The notes under the pieces: generated by a model
What the model was told of the DNA's origin: nothing
Databases searched by the model: none
Seen by the model: only the letters and a program-made list of their open reading frames with translations
Virus record (IMG/VR): IMGVR_UViG_3300020042_002824
Reading direction: 5' to 3' (one strand)
Length of the DNA stretch: 64,000 bases
Origin: a virus
Lineage: Duplodnaviria > Heunggongvirae > Uroviricota > Caudoviricetes
Shown: positions 18,252-27,119 of the stretch, in pieces
Layout: each line of letters opens with the position of its first letter
Position numbering within the stretch: position 1 is the first letter of the stretch
Made by a program: the position numbers and the translations under genes

Positions 18252-18545
18252 TTATTTAGCTTTCTTCTTTCTAGTCTTTACAAATGGTTCTGTGCTCTTT
18301 GCACCATTCATTTGCTTGGGATTAGCTTTCTTCTTGGGAGCAGCTTTTGGTTCTAATTCAGCAGCAGCAACAGCAACAGCTGTACCTAGTATACCTTGGA
18401 GTTGTTTATTTCTCTTATCAACAAAAAGTGTTGCAAATGCTGCAGATAGCATTACATCATCACCTGCGCAAGTTACTTCCACTTCACCATTGGTTATACT
18501 CATGAAGAAAAAACCATCAACCTTATTTGTTTTACTCTTTGCCAT
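18252..18545 (-). CDS. small protein with Ala/Lys-rich basic C-terminal tail (histone-H1-like)
   Basis: C-terminus AVAVAAAELEPKAAPKKKANPKQMNGAKSTEPFVKTRKKKAK. The local sequence is GC-richer than its surroundings. Confidence 0.5.
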   Translation of the reverse strand: MAKSKTNKVDGFFFMSITNGEVEVTCAGDDVMLSAAFATLFVDKRNKQLQGILGTAVAVAAAELEPKAAPKKKANPKQMNGAKSTEPFVKTRKKKAK

Positions 18546-18759
18546 TGTCTTTTGTTTTATTGTTTATAAATCTCTCTAATGAAGGATTATTCTGCATGGA
18601 TATGTCTTTGTTTGTCAAAGCCCATATGTCTCCATTGTCCATCCCACATACAAATAGTATGTAATGTTCTTGGGAATAATCTATTACTAGGAATGCATAT
18701 CCTTTCATACCATCAGACTTCCTGGTTATTGGTATCATTGGATTTAGTTGCAGTATCAT
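18532..18759 (-). CDS. hypothetical protein (75 aa)
   Basis: ORF in the operon. Confidence 0.4.
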   Translation of the reverse strand: MILQLNPMIPITRKSDGMKGYAFLVIDYSQEHYILFVCGMDNGDIWALTNKDISMQNNPSLERFINNKTKDNGKE

Positions 18760-18870
18760 TTGTTTTGTTTATTATGTTACCAAAATCATCCATATATGGT
18801 GCCCTATGAAATTCATAGGACAGCCATATATTGAAGATGAGCAACACAAAGATAATAAAATATATCATCT

Positions 18871-19110
18871 TTAAAAGTTTTTTACTCTGACTAATGTGTA
18901 TTCATCAGAGCTGATGTACATGTATCTACGTCCCTTGATATGTAAACGCTTAGATGGTGTATAATTACATTTAATTGTAAATATAGCATCTATTAGTTTA
19001 GAGCATGCTTTGATGCTTCTCACATATGGAGAATCTTCTCTTGTAGGCTCATAAACTTTAATTGTGTGGGTGCTGTGTGGTTTAGCACTGAAGACTAGAC
19101 TGTAAGACAT
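18871..19110 (-). CDS. hypothetical protein (79 aa)
   Basis: ORF. Confidence 0.4.
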   Translation of the reverse strand: MSYSLVFSAKPHSTHTIKVYEPTREDSPYVRSIKACSKLIDAIFTIKCNYTPSKRLHIKGRRYMYISSDEYTLVRVKNF

Positions 19111-19132
19111 GGTTGTTAGTATTTATTGTTTG

Positions 19133-19423
19133 TTAGAAATAAAATGTCATACCTGCATCAGATATCTCTATCTTAGTAGGTCTACTACTGATTGTGTGAC
19201 TCTTGGTCATGACTGGTGTTTTAACCATAGGAACTTTAACAGTCTTTGGTTCCACCACTACATTCTTACGAATGATTAATAATCTAGCATAAACTCCTGC
19301 ATATGTTCTGTTGAACTGTTTAGCTAACTTTCTAGCTAATTTAGTTGTTGCAACTGGCTGCTTAGCCATTTCTGTCATTGTTGTTAATTCTTCTTTTGAA
19401 TACATTTTCATGTTCTTTTTCAT
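19133..19423 (-). CDS. hypothetical protein (96 aa)
   Basis: ORF; overlaps the next ORF in a different frame. Confidence 0.4.
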   Translation of the reverse strand: MKKNMKMYSKEELTTMTEMAKQPVATTKLARKLAKQFNRTYAGVYARLLIIRKNVVVEPKTVKVPMVKTPVMTKSHTISSRPTKIEISDAGMTFYF

Positions 19424-19730
19424 GTGTGTTTATTTTTTTTTTGTTTTTAAAATGTCTACTTGCTTCTTGTTGTCTAATCACCTGTTTTGGTATATCATTA
19501 ACCCAATCAGGTATACTATCTAGCATTTCTGCTACCTTTGTTGAAACAGGACTCGTTGGTTTTAATGGTAATGGTATTTTGTTAGAACTAAATCTACCTG
19601 TATCAACACCATCTTTAAACCTACCATCTATATACTTACGTTCTCCTGGTTTAGCGTCTATTCTTTTCATACTAACTAATTTAATGAAAGAGCCCCACAT
19701 TTCTGCAGGGCTCTCATCTTTACTAACCAA
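19362..19730 (-). CDS. hypothetical basic protein (122 aa; start uncertain)
   Basis: ORF overlapping 19133..19423 by 62 nt. May start at the internal Met. Confidence 0.35.
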   Translation of the reverse strand: MVSKDESPAEMWGSFIKLVSMKRIDAKPGERKYIDGRFKDGVDTGRFSSNKIPLPLKPTSPVSTKVAEMLDSIPDWVNDIPKQVIRQQEASRHFKNKKKINTHEKEHENVFKRRINNNDRNG

Positions 19731-19910
19731 CCACTATTCCACGTCTAACTTTTTTTGTTATTCATCTCATAAATCAACTGATGCCACTGGTTTATGTCTA
19801 ACTGCTCATCTGGTTTAGCAGTAGACTTAAGCTTTATCTCAAGCTTAATTGGTTGTTCTTGAGGCTCTTTGCCTTTGTATAACAACTCCAACACCTTTTT
19901 AATAGTATCA

Positions 19911-20447
19911 CTACTCATGGCTGTTTATATTATATTCGTCATCATCATTATCATCCATATCATCCCAATCCTCCTCCTCTTCACTATCGTTCTCATCATA
20001 ACCTTCAGTTATACTGTATGAATCTCTGATAACAATCTGACCTTGTACCAATATTGGTTGTCTTGTATAATCATCTACATATAATGCCACTGCTCCATCC
20101 TCACCATCTTCACCATATATGCTTTTGTTTATTGTAACTATAGATAAGTCTTCTAGATCATCTGACTCATCACCATCGTCCCACCATCCTATTTGATTAG
20201 GAAAAGCAAGGATTTCTTCTACATCATCAGCATTGACCATTGGTTGGACAATGTATGCTTCAACAGGTGCTCCATTGACAGCAATGTAGCTGTCCATGTC
20301 CTGAGGAACTATTTGTAGTTCATGTATGTGTAGATATTCATACACCTTACCATAAACCACGTCTTTTTGCTTTGATACAAACCACATACCTGGTTCTAAT
20401 GTCTTAGGCATGTATGATTTGAATACTAGCTTAGCTAAAATGAACAT
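19911..20447 (-). CDS. hypothetical protein with strongly acidic C-terminus
   Basis: C-terminal DSEEEEDWDDMDDNDDDEYNINSHE. Confidence 0.5.
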   Translation of the reverse strand: MFILAKLVFKSYMPKTLEPGMWFVSKQKDVVYGKVYEYLHIHELQIVPQDMDSYIAVNGAPVEAYIVQPMVNADDVEEILAFPNQIGWWDDGDESDDLEDLSIVTINKSIYGEDGEDGAVALYVDDYTRQPILVQGQIVIRDSYSITEGYDENDSEEEEDWDDMDDNDDDEYNINSHE

Positions 20448-20544
20448 ATTTGTATTATTTTAATGTAATTTAATAAAGGACCCTGCTGGGGGGAGCAGAG
20501 TCCTTATTTTCAAACACACATATTAAACAAACACTAACCAATAA

Positions 20545-20970
20545 TTATTTCACAACTCTAAGATATATATTTTCAGGATATCCTCCACCAAATACATACT
20601 CAGTGACAGGACACAACCACAATTGGTGATTATCCAACTGTTCTACAGTGTAATAAGCACCATAATCAACTGGTGCATGTCCTATATTGTCAAGCAATTG
20701 CTTATTCATTCCAATGATTAGTTTGTTCAACTTGTGTGTATAGTCTTGAAATGGTTCATCGCCAAACTCCACCATTACAGAATTACTATGCAAAGATAGT
20801 ATATCTAATAGTGTATCTGCACCATCAACCATTAATAAATTATTCTTGTTACCCAACCCTGCTTCTAGAAATTCTGGCAAATCTATATACCACATTCCAT
20901 TCTCTTTGTAAAATTTCTTCTCTACTCTCATATTACTTACTCTCTTTTGTTTTGTAGCTGAACCATTCAA
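20545..20970 (-). CDS. hypothetical protein (141 aa)
   Basis: ORF. Confidence 0.5.
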   Translation of the reverse strand: MNGSATKQKRVSNMRVEKKFYKENGMWYIDLPEFLEAGLGNKNNLLMVDGADTLLDILSLHSNSVMVEFGDEPFQDYTHKLNKLIIGMNKQLLDNIGHAPVDYGAYYTVEQLDNHQLWLCPVTEYVFGGGYPENIYLRVVK

Positions 20971-21112
20971 GTGCGATTGGTCCTAGGCAAATGTATAAAT
21001 AGGAATCATGATTATTGACAAAACCTAAGATGAATGTCTTAGGTAAGTATGTAATCTTGAATTCTCCTGTCTTAAAATGTTTTGTTGTTAATGTTTTTTC
21101 CATGTGTTTGTT

Positions 21113-21466
21113 TTAAAAGTTTCCTAAATCTATTAAATCTTGATCAACCAAAGCATTCATACTTGGTATAGATGCTTCTTTGTTTGCGTTCTGATAACCT
21201 TCCTTGTAACCATCATGATGTCCCATGTTATATCCATGAGCATGACCTTCTTTCCATGATTTGGCAATGTTCTGTCTCTCTTCTCTTATGATAAGATTAA
21301 CATAATTGTCAAAATACAAATATGCTCCCATATAACCTAATAGATTGAGACAGCATAATATTGTTAGTTTATCCCAACCAAATTCAACAACCATTGGAAA
21401 CAAGATGTTTAAAGCAGTGGTGCATATAAATAGCAACACTGACATAATAATATTTAATCTTTTCAT
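21113..21466 (-). CDS. small membrane protein (2 predicted transmembrane helices) with His-rich cytoplasmic tail
   Basis: N-terminal hydrophobic segments (IIMSVLLFICTTALNILFPMVV and ILCCLNLLGYMGAYLYF), then HAHGYNMGHHDGYKEGY. Confidence 0.5.
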   Translation of the reverse strand: MKRLNIIMSVLLFICTTALNILFPMVVEFGWDKLTILCCLNLLGYMGAYLYFDNYVNLIIREERQNIAKSWKEGHAHGYNMGHHDGYKEGYQNANKEASIPSMNALVDQDLIDLGNF

Positions 21467-21641
21467 AATATGTTATTAACGTTTGTAATAAAAAGGTTTA
21501 GCACCTGCTTGTTTGTAAAAGAACTGTGGATCATTAGAAGGACACAATGTCTCTCTAATAGCTGAGCATGATGACAGCAAGACTAATGCTATCATGGAAA
21601 TAAATAATACTTTTTTCATGTTTTTGTTTTTTTATGTGTGT

Positions 21642-21992
21642 TTATAATAATTCATCAGGTATTTGAGGATACTTATGCCATTCCCACCATTCTGACCCAT
21701 CATATTCACCTCTATCCATCCATACACCATTTGTAAGCCATATATAACCAAATACATATTGAGCACCATAGCCTTCATCATATCCAAAATCTAGCTTGGA
21801 TAGGAATTCATTGTATTCAGCCTCTGTATGTCCTTTTTTCAATGTAATAGCTGGTGTTTCTACATCGTCTTCATCATCAGTAAAATAACTAGCAGGTGTA
21901 GCATATGTAATATTAGCACATATAATGTTAGCACCATATAGACGCTTGAGTGCATCAAGCTTACCTAATAACTCTTGTTTAGCATTTGACAT
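21642..21992 (-). CDS. hypothetical protein (116 aa)
   Basis: ORF. Confidence 0.5.
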   Translation of the reverse strand: MSNAKQELLGKLDALKRLYGANIICANITYATPASYFTDDEDDVETPAITLKKGHTEAEYNEFLSKLDFGYDEGYGAQYVFGYIWLTNGVWMDRGEYDGSEWWEWHKYPQIPDELL

Positions 21993-21994
21993 AA

Positions 21995-22222
21995 CTAATT
22001 AGTTTTTAATAGTGATATGGATTCATCGTTATCTTCTGACAAAACTCCATACATAATAAATGTCATAAGAGAATAGAAAAACTGAACTGCTACAAATACA
22101 CCAGATGTAACAGCTTCTGTATAACTAAATGAGAACCATGTAGTTAGCAAAAAGAATGCTACTAACATGTAAGGAATGCTCCATAGGAACATAATGTTAA
22201 TGAGATGTTTGATTAATTTCAT
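21995..22222 (-). CDS. small membrane protein (2-3 transmembrane helices)
   Basis: IMFLWSIPYMLVAFFLLTTWF and GVFVAVQFFYSLMTFIMYGVL. Last gene of the leftward block. Confidence 0.45.
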   Translation of the reverse strand: MKLIKHLINIMFLWSIPYMLVAFFLLTTWFSFSYTEAVTSGVFVAVQFFYSLMTFIMYGVLSEDNDESISLLKTN

Positions 22223-23040
22223 GTGAATGTATGTTAATTGATTGATTATTAATGTGTTGTGTAAATAAAAATTTGATAGGCTGAGTGTTGACCTTCAATG
22301 TTATCATTTTCACAATGTTACCATTGCTTATACACACCAAGAATTACTTCTTAGTAGATAACAGTACCAGTATTTTACCTCACTCCTGAGGGATCTTTCT
22401 CTAGTTTAAATAAGTATTAATTTCTACCAAGTGGATTGGATAATCCTAAGCTACATCCCTGCAGCTACTTAGATATACTTTTTTTACTTCACAATTTTCC
22501 TTTCAGTACTAATTGTGCTGTCATTTTACATACAGATAAGGTACTTTGAACTAGAGAACTAACAGACTTTGTGAATTATTAATTTAATAATTTACAATAG
22601 CATAGTCCAGAACGTGCCATCAGATTATAGCTTACTCCCTTTTGAGGAATACGTACTATAACGTCCCAGTATAGATTACCAGTCTATGGTAGTTTAAGAT
22701 GCTATTACCACACCTTTGTCTACTGAATAACGCAGTTGTTCTTTTGGTAAAGTACTTCCACATATATTCTACAGGTTTTATCCTATTGCAGTTTCCTGCT
22801 CAATGGTGTATGCTGACACCATAGCTACTCAGAGGTTTCCCCACTATAGCTGTTACCCATTTGCTTACTTGGCCAGCACGAAGCTGTAGATATGCACTTG
22901 TTAATACATACCTTTTATACCTGTCACCAGGTTTATCCTAAAGACTATAAGCAGCCTTATCAAATTAGTTGACAATCAAGTTGTCTTTACGTGTACACCA
23001 TGAGTATTTCAACTCTGAAGGTTTTGATGTCGTACACTTA

Positions 23041-23068
23041 TCATTATAATCAGATTTGATTATAATGA
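23041..23068. repeat. perfect 11-bp inverted repeat (TCATTATAATC agattt GATTATAATGA)
   Basis: Read directly; inside the ORF-free region. Confidence 0.45.
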
Positions 23069-23410
23069 ATATACATTCAGGTATATCAGCCTACACAGTC
23101 TTGTAACTATAACTGGACTGTCCCACGCCAGCAACTTACTGGATACTGCTACATTTACAACGCTAGATTGTTCAACCTAGCCTTCTGTAACAGGAGAAGC
23201 ATAATGTATTAGTATAGGTTTTCAACTAATACTTGTAGCGTTTTCGTCCACTATTATAATACTCTTGTACTCAATGTACGTATGACATATCTTTTTGTCA
23301 GAATATTATATTCGTAGCTACATTATGAATCCCTCTGTACTCAAATGTGAGGTAGGTAGTCATTTAATCCTCATCTCATCTGTCTATCCTTGGGAAATAG
23401 AAATGGTACA

Positions 23411-23683
23411 TTATAACATGTCAGAATTAAATGACTCATTAAACTCATTAGCCATATCACCATTAAGAATTGAACTACTATAAGAAGAAGCAAAATCTAA
23501 CTCATAATAACCATTATGTTTATTAGCCATAAGTTTAGCATCCTCTAATGTATCTGTAAACCCTATATATCTATTACTATTATCATAGATAGAATAGAAA
23601 GCGTCATATCCCATATAAATGTTATTTAATGCTATATATATTGTTTGTATAGCGTAAATGAATGATGTGTCAAAATGTGTCAA
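23411..23683 (-). CDS. hypothetical protein (90 aa)
   Basis: Isolated ORF in the switch region. Confidence 0.4.
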   Translation of the reverse strand: MTHFDTSFIYAIQTIYIALNNIYMGYDAFYSIYDNSNRYIGFTDTLEDAKLMANKHNGYYELDFASSYSSSILNGDMANEFNESFNSDML

Positions 23684-23791
23684 TAAGTGGGGAAAGAGTA
23701 CACACCACCTCTCACAGCCACAGATAAAATGTTGAGAATCAATAGGTTGTCTCTCTTTTTACGCAACAAAGGTTCTATGCAAGTATAGAAA

Positions 23792-23825
23792 ACAAGAGAA
23801 CAGGCTTGTTAGCCCATTCTCTTGT
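23792..23825 (-). terminator. putative rho-independent terminator for gene 23837..24226 (9-bp stem ACAAGAGAA/TTCTCTTGT, then a T-run on the minus strand)
   Basis: Inverted repeat 12 nt downstream of the minus-strand stop, followed on the minus strand by TTTTCTATAC. Confidence 0.45.
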
Positions 23826-23836
23826 TAATGCTTTGA

Positions 23837-24226
23837 TTACAAAGCAAGTAATTCTTCTGGCAAGAACTCTTCGCTTCTCTCGTAAGAGACAACTTTGATG
23901 TCCTTCATTGCAATCTCTTGAACTGCACCTGTTCCTGGCATTGAGACAAAGGTGATTCCTTCTTCATTTTCAAGCAATGACAAGCCTGCAATCTCGTGGA
24001 TTGTAATCTTGCCTGCTCTAATCTCTTTGCTCAATTGCGCAGAGCAAGAAACAACACCTGAATTACCCTTGCTGTCTTTTAACAACAATGCAACACGCTT
24101 TGCAGGGTCATTAAGGTTCTTCCTGATGAAAGAGATAGAACCATTCTTGCCAATTAATTGGGCAATTGTACCATTGTCAGTTAATTCTCCTGACTGTCTT
24201 GTGTAGGCTGATAATTTGAATGCCAT
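23837..24226 (-). CDS. hypothetical protein (129 aa), stand-alone transcription unit
   Basis: ORF with its own downstream hairpin plus T-tract (23792-23825). The G-tract repeat region lies upstream. Confidence 0.5.
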   Translation of the reverse strand: MAFKLSAYTRQSGELTDNGTIAQLIGKNGSISFIRKNLNDPAKRVALLLKDSKGNSGVVSCSAQLSKEIRAGKITIHEIAGLSLLENEEGITFVSMPGTGAVQEIAMKDIKVVSYERSEEFLPEELLAL

Positions 24227-24256
24227 AGTTTTCTGTTTTTGTTTTTAATTAATAAT

Positions 24257-24440
24257 GTCAAGCGATGGGAGGGGTATCCCAACACTCTCAATTCTAGGAG
24301 GGGTATCAATAGGGAGTAGGCTCCCCTCCCATGGATATAATAAGAATGGGGGCTATGTAAAATTTTGGGGTGCTAGGGGGGATAGGTCTGTAAGAACAGG
24401 GGCATATAGAAAATTGTGTATATTATCAAAGCAGGGGATA
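24257..24440. repeat. array of ~8 G-tracts / GGGG-AT-AG-like iterons in divergent intergenic region
   Basis: GGGAGGGGTATCCC, GGAGGGGTATCA, GGGAGTAGGCTCCCCTCCC, TGGGGGCTATG, TTGGGGTGCTAGGGGGGATAGG, CAGGGGCATATAG, CAGGGGATAGTTCC. Highly atypical for the AT-rich context. Confidence 0.5.
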
Positions 24441-24856
24441 GTTCCATAAGGAACATTGCATGAATTTTTCCAAATTCTTCATGCAGGTTGAACTCTCTGG
24501 AAATTCCAGATGGTTCAGACTTCTGGGTTTGGCTGTGTTTCACTTCCTAGATTGTCCAGTTTATTATATAAAAGACTGGACATTTGTTACCTTTATATAT
24601 AGATAGGTAACATCTTTTGTCAAGCTATCCCTTGACTGTTGTCCCCCTGTGGTCAAGCTATGGCTTTACATAATGTGTCTTATAAGGGACAGGCTAGCCT
24701 TTGTAATGTTGCTTTTATGACACATTATGATATGACTTTACATATAATGATGGAATTATCTTACATATTATATGCTTTATAATATAGGGACCAATATTAT
24801 AATATCTTGTTGTATCAAAACTAGAAAATCCTGCAAGTTTTGATAATAGGCAAAAA

Positions 24857-24864
24857 TAAATTTG
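24857..24864 (+). promoter_or_regulatory. candidate Bacteroidota-type -7 promoter element TAAATTTG (TAnnTTTG) upstream of the first plus-strand gene
   Basis: Exact match to the TAnnTTTG consensus ~80 nt upstream of ATG 24943. The nearest upstream TTTG is only 14 nt away (consensus spacing ~19), so support is weak. Confidence 0.25.
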
Positions 24865-24942
24865 GTGGGTAATATATTTTCACACTACCTTTGAGGGTGG
24901 AGGGTGGGGAATAAACTCCATACACCTCGTCAAACAAGCTTA

Positions 24943-25194
24943 GATATGATGATGATAATTTATGGAATTGTACTGATTGTTCTGATTTTGATAACAGCTG
25001 TTGTAGCTTATGGGTTTACATGTTTTGAAGAGTGGGAGATAGGTATAGAATTCCTACCTAAGGATTACAACAACTTTGAGCTAGGAGTGTCTAATAGAAA
25101 CTACACCCTTACAGATGGTGGTCTGGAACAGGAGCTTAGAATAGGGCTTCTTTTGTTTTGCTTTATAGCTGTATTCAGAAGATTTGATGCATAA
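24943..25194 (+). CDS. small membrane protein (83 aa)
   Basis: Track ORF 24904 starts at GTG. Trimmed to the first ATG (MMMIIYGIVLIVLILITAVVAYGF). N-terminal transmembrane helix plus a C-terminal hydrophobic segment. Confidence 0.45.
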   Translation, partial: DMMMIIYGIVLIVLILITAVVAYGFTCFEEWEIGIEFLPKDYNNFELGVSNRNYTLTDGGLEQELRIGLLLFCFIAVFRRFDA

Positions 25195-25259
25195 TATAGC
25201 ATTAACTTTCCTTATAACTAAAATAGTTATTTGTAGATCGTAAAGATATCCATACCTTT

Positions 25260-25634
25260 GTGTGTCAACTAATTATGGAAACCAACTCAACAAAACCTAT
25301 TGTACAGCGACTGAAAACATCAGTGTCAGACAATTATGCTCTGGCAGAGAAGTATTACAGGCTGTTGTCAGCTGTAAACAATCTGAAGCTTACAAATAGG
25401 GAGGTGCAGCTTATAGCCTTTACAGCTATAAAGGGTAACATAAGCTATGCTAATATAAGGAAGGAGTTTTGTGAAAGATACGAGAGTACAGCTCCTGCTA
25501 TAAATAACATCATCTCCAAGCTAAAGAAAATGGGGGTTTTTGTAAAGGATGGAACAAAGGTTAAGGTTAATCCTGTCATATTATTAAACTTTGACAAGGA
25601 TATTGTATTACAAATAACGCTGCTACATGGATAA
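25260..25634 (+). CDS. hypothetical protein, helix-turn-helix-like region (possible regulator)
   Basis: Track start is GTG at 25260; the first ATG is at 25275 (METNSTK). Segment LTNREVQLIAFTAI...APAINNIISKLKKMG is HTH-like. Confidence 0.45.
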   Translation: MCQLIMETNSTKPIVQRLKTSVSDNYALAEKYYRLLSAVNNLKLTNREVQLIAFTAIKGNISYANIRKEFCERYESTAPAINNIISKLKKMGVFVKDGTKVKVNPVILLNFDKDIVLQITLLHG

Positions 25635-25980
25635 GCCTATAAGTATGTCTGTTAAAGACTACCTTATCAGAACCCTGGCAGTGAAGATAATGGTCTCTGA
25701 GAAGGTGATTGAAACCATTGTGAACCACCAGTTCCAATCTGCCAATGAGGCAATGGACCTCCACAATAGTATTGAGGTTTCTGGGTTTGGAAAGTTTTAC
25801 TTCAACAATAAAAAGGCCAAGAAAAAGATATTATCATTGATTGGTAAAAAGCAAACAATGGAGCGTCATTTAGCTAACCCAGATGCAACAGAACAAAAGA
25901 AACATGCAGCTAAGGTGACACTTGATAAGACAGAGACATTAATAAACTTTCTCAAAACCAAGACTACAGATGAAAATTAA
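25627..25980 (+). CDS. HU/IHF-like DNA-binding protein candidate
   Basis: Pattern ...IRTLAVKIMVSEKVIETIVNHQF.....EAMDLHNSIEVSGFGKFYFNNKKAKK parallels HU (..V.LvGFGtFevr.R.aR). Confidence 0.45.
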   Translation: MDKPISMSVKDYLIRTLAVKIMVSEKVIETIVNHQFQSANEAMDLHNSIEVSGFGKFYFNNKKAKKKILSLIGKKQTMERHLANPDATEQKKHAAKVTLDKTETLINFLKTKTTDEN

Positions 25981-26269
25981 CTTCTCCCAAATATATGAAG
26001 GTTGGAAGAATAACCTTTTTCCAGCCAAAGCCCTAAGAACCTATATAAAGGATGTCAGTAATGAAAGAATGTCTATATGTGAAGACTGTGCGTTGATATC
26101 TACAAAACATAAGACAGTAAGACCAGATGTTCATTGTACAGACTGTGGTTGTACACTAGCTGCTAAAACAAAATGTTTATCTTGTGAATGTCCTCTTAAG
26201 AAATGGGAAGCTGTAATGAGCTCTAGAGAAGAAGAGGAATCACTTAAAAAAGAAATCTATGGCAAATAG
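25970..26269 (+). CDS. Cys-rich zinc-finger protein (99 aa)
   Basis: CEDCALIS...HCTDCGCTLAAKTKCLSCECPLKKW. Confidence 0.5.
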   Translation: MKINFSQIYEGWKNNLFPAKALRTYIKDVSNERMSICEDCALISTKHKTVRPDVHCTDCGCTLAAKTKCLSCECPLKKWEAVMSSREEEESLKKEIYGK

Positions 26270-26519
26270 AGAGATAAGGATTCAAAAGATACCATTAGAC
26301 AGGCTAATTGATACGCTTGTTGACCTGTACAATCAGGGGGTAGACTATATTGATATATCAGGGGTACCTGGTGAAGAGTTTGATAGGATGGCTATTGTCT
26401 TCACTAAAGATTATATGACAGAAGAAGGGGCAAAGACTATTGATAAATTTGAGGAGACATTAGACTTACAGATAAAACAACCAAAGCTAACTGACGAGGA
26501 TTTAAACCAATTAATATGA
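26259..26519 (+). CDS. hypothetical protein (86 aa)
   Basis: ORF overlapping its neighbours by 11 and 4 nt. Confidence 0.45.
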   Translation: MANREIRIQKIPLDRLIDTLVDLYNQGVDYIDISGVPGEEFDRMAIVFTKDYMTEEGAKTIDKFEETLDLQIKQPKLTDEDLNQLI

Positions 26520-26800
26520 GTAAAAAGACTCCATATATAGAAGTCATTACTATTCTACAAGAACTAAATAAGAGCTTTCCTACATATAACATTGGAAGAC
26601 ATCTAGCTACAGCTCTTGATGGATATGGTGACATTTGGGGCATAACAGATAAAGAACTTGCATTTGTCCTAAGCAAATATAAGTCTGAGATAGAGATGGA
26701 TGTTCCTCATACAGATGAGTCTGAATTAGAAAAGATCATCAAAGAAGGCATGGATCTTGATAACATTCTAAAAGAAGAGGAAGAAGATGGCAACTATTAA
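26516..26800 (+). CDS. hypothetical acidic protein (94 aa)
   Basis: ORF. Confidence 0.45.
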   Translation: MSKKTPYIEVITILQELNKSFPTYNIGRHLATALDGYGDIWGITDKELAFVLSKYKSEIEMDVPHTDESELEKIIKEGMDLDNILKEEEEDGNY

Positions 26801-27119
26801 AAAAACTACATACATAAATACAGAGCTTGAATGGGCTGAGTCACAACTTATTTCATGGAAAGCTTATGTAAATGCAAACCCACTACATGAACTGAAAGAC
26901 AGGATTGAGTGGAAACCTACAGCTAAAGGAGGACTATTACCTATGGTCATAGCATCTATTGAAGCACAAGGTAAGTTTGTACAAGAGACAATGAAGAACT
27001 ACTTAGCATTAGTAGAGGTGGTAGACAAATTAAGGAATGCTGAAGAAGCTAAGGTGGAGATTAGAGGTAAGGGTGAGTTATCTGGGTCAGCTGAGGAGTT
27101 CCTTAAAAATAGACGATGA
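26787..27119 (+). CDS. hypothetical protein (110 aa); small-terminase position
   Basis: Immediately upstream of, and 4 nt overlapped with, the large terminase gene. No motif support. Confidence 0.4.
   Translation: MATIKKTTYINTELEWAESQLISWKAYVNANPLHELKDRIEWKPTAKGGLLPMVIASIEAQGKFVQETMKNYLALVEVVDKLRNAEEAKVEIRGKGELSGSAEEFLKNRR

Noticed and set aside
22223-23410. Possible tRNA genes or CRISPR array in the ORF-free region
   Set aside because: No cloverleaf with a GTTC-type T-loop flanked by a 5-bp stem could be assembled by eye, and there are no regularly spaced direct repeats. Left as an open check rather than a feature.
24255-24449. 64-aa plus-strand ORF (MSSDGRGIPTLSILGGVSIG...) lying on the G-tract array
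   Set aside because: Gly/Arg-rich peptide produced by translating the GGGG repeats. No upstream start context. The region is far better explained as regulatory DNA.
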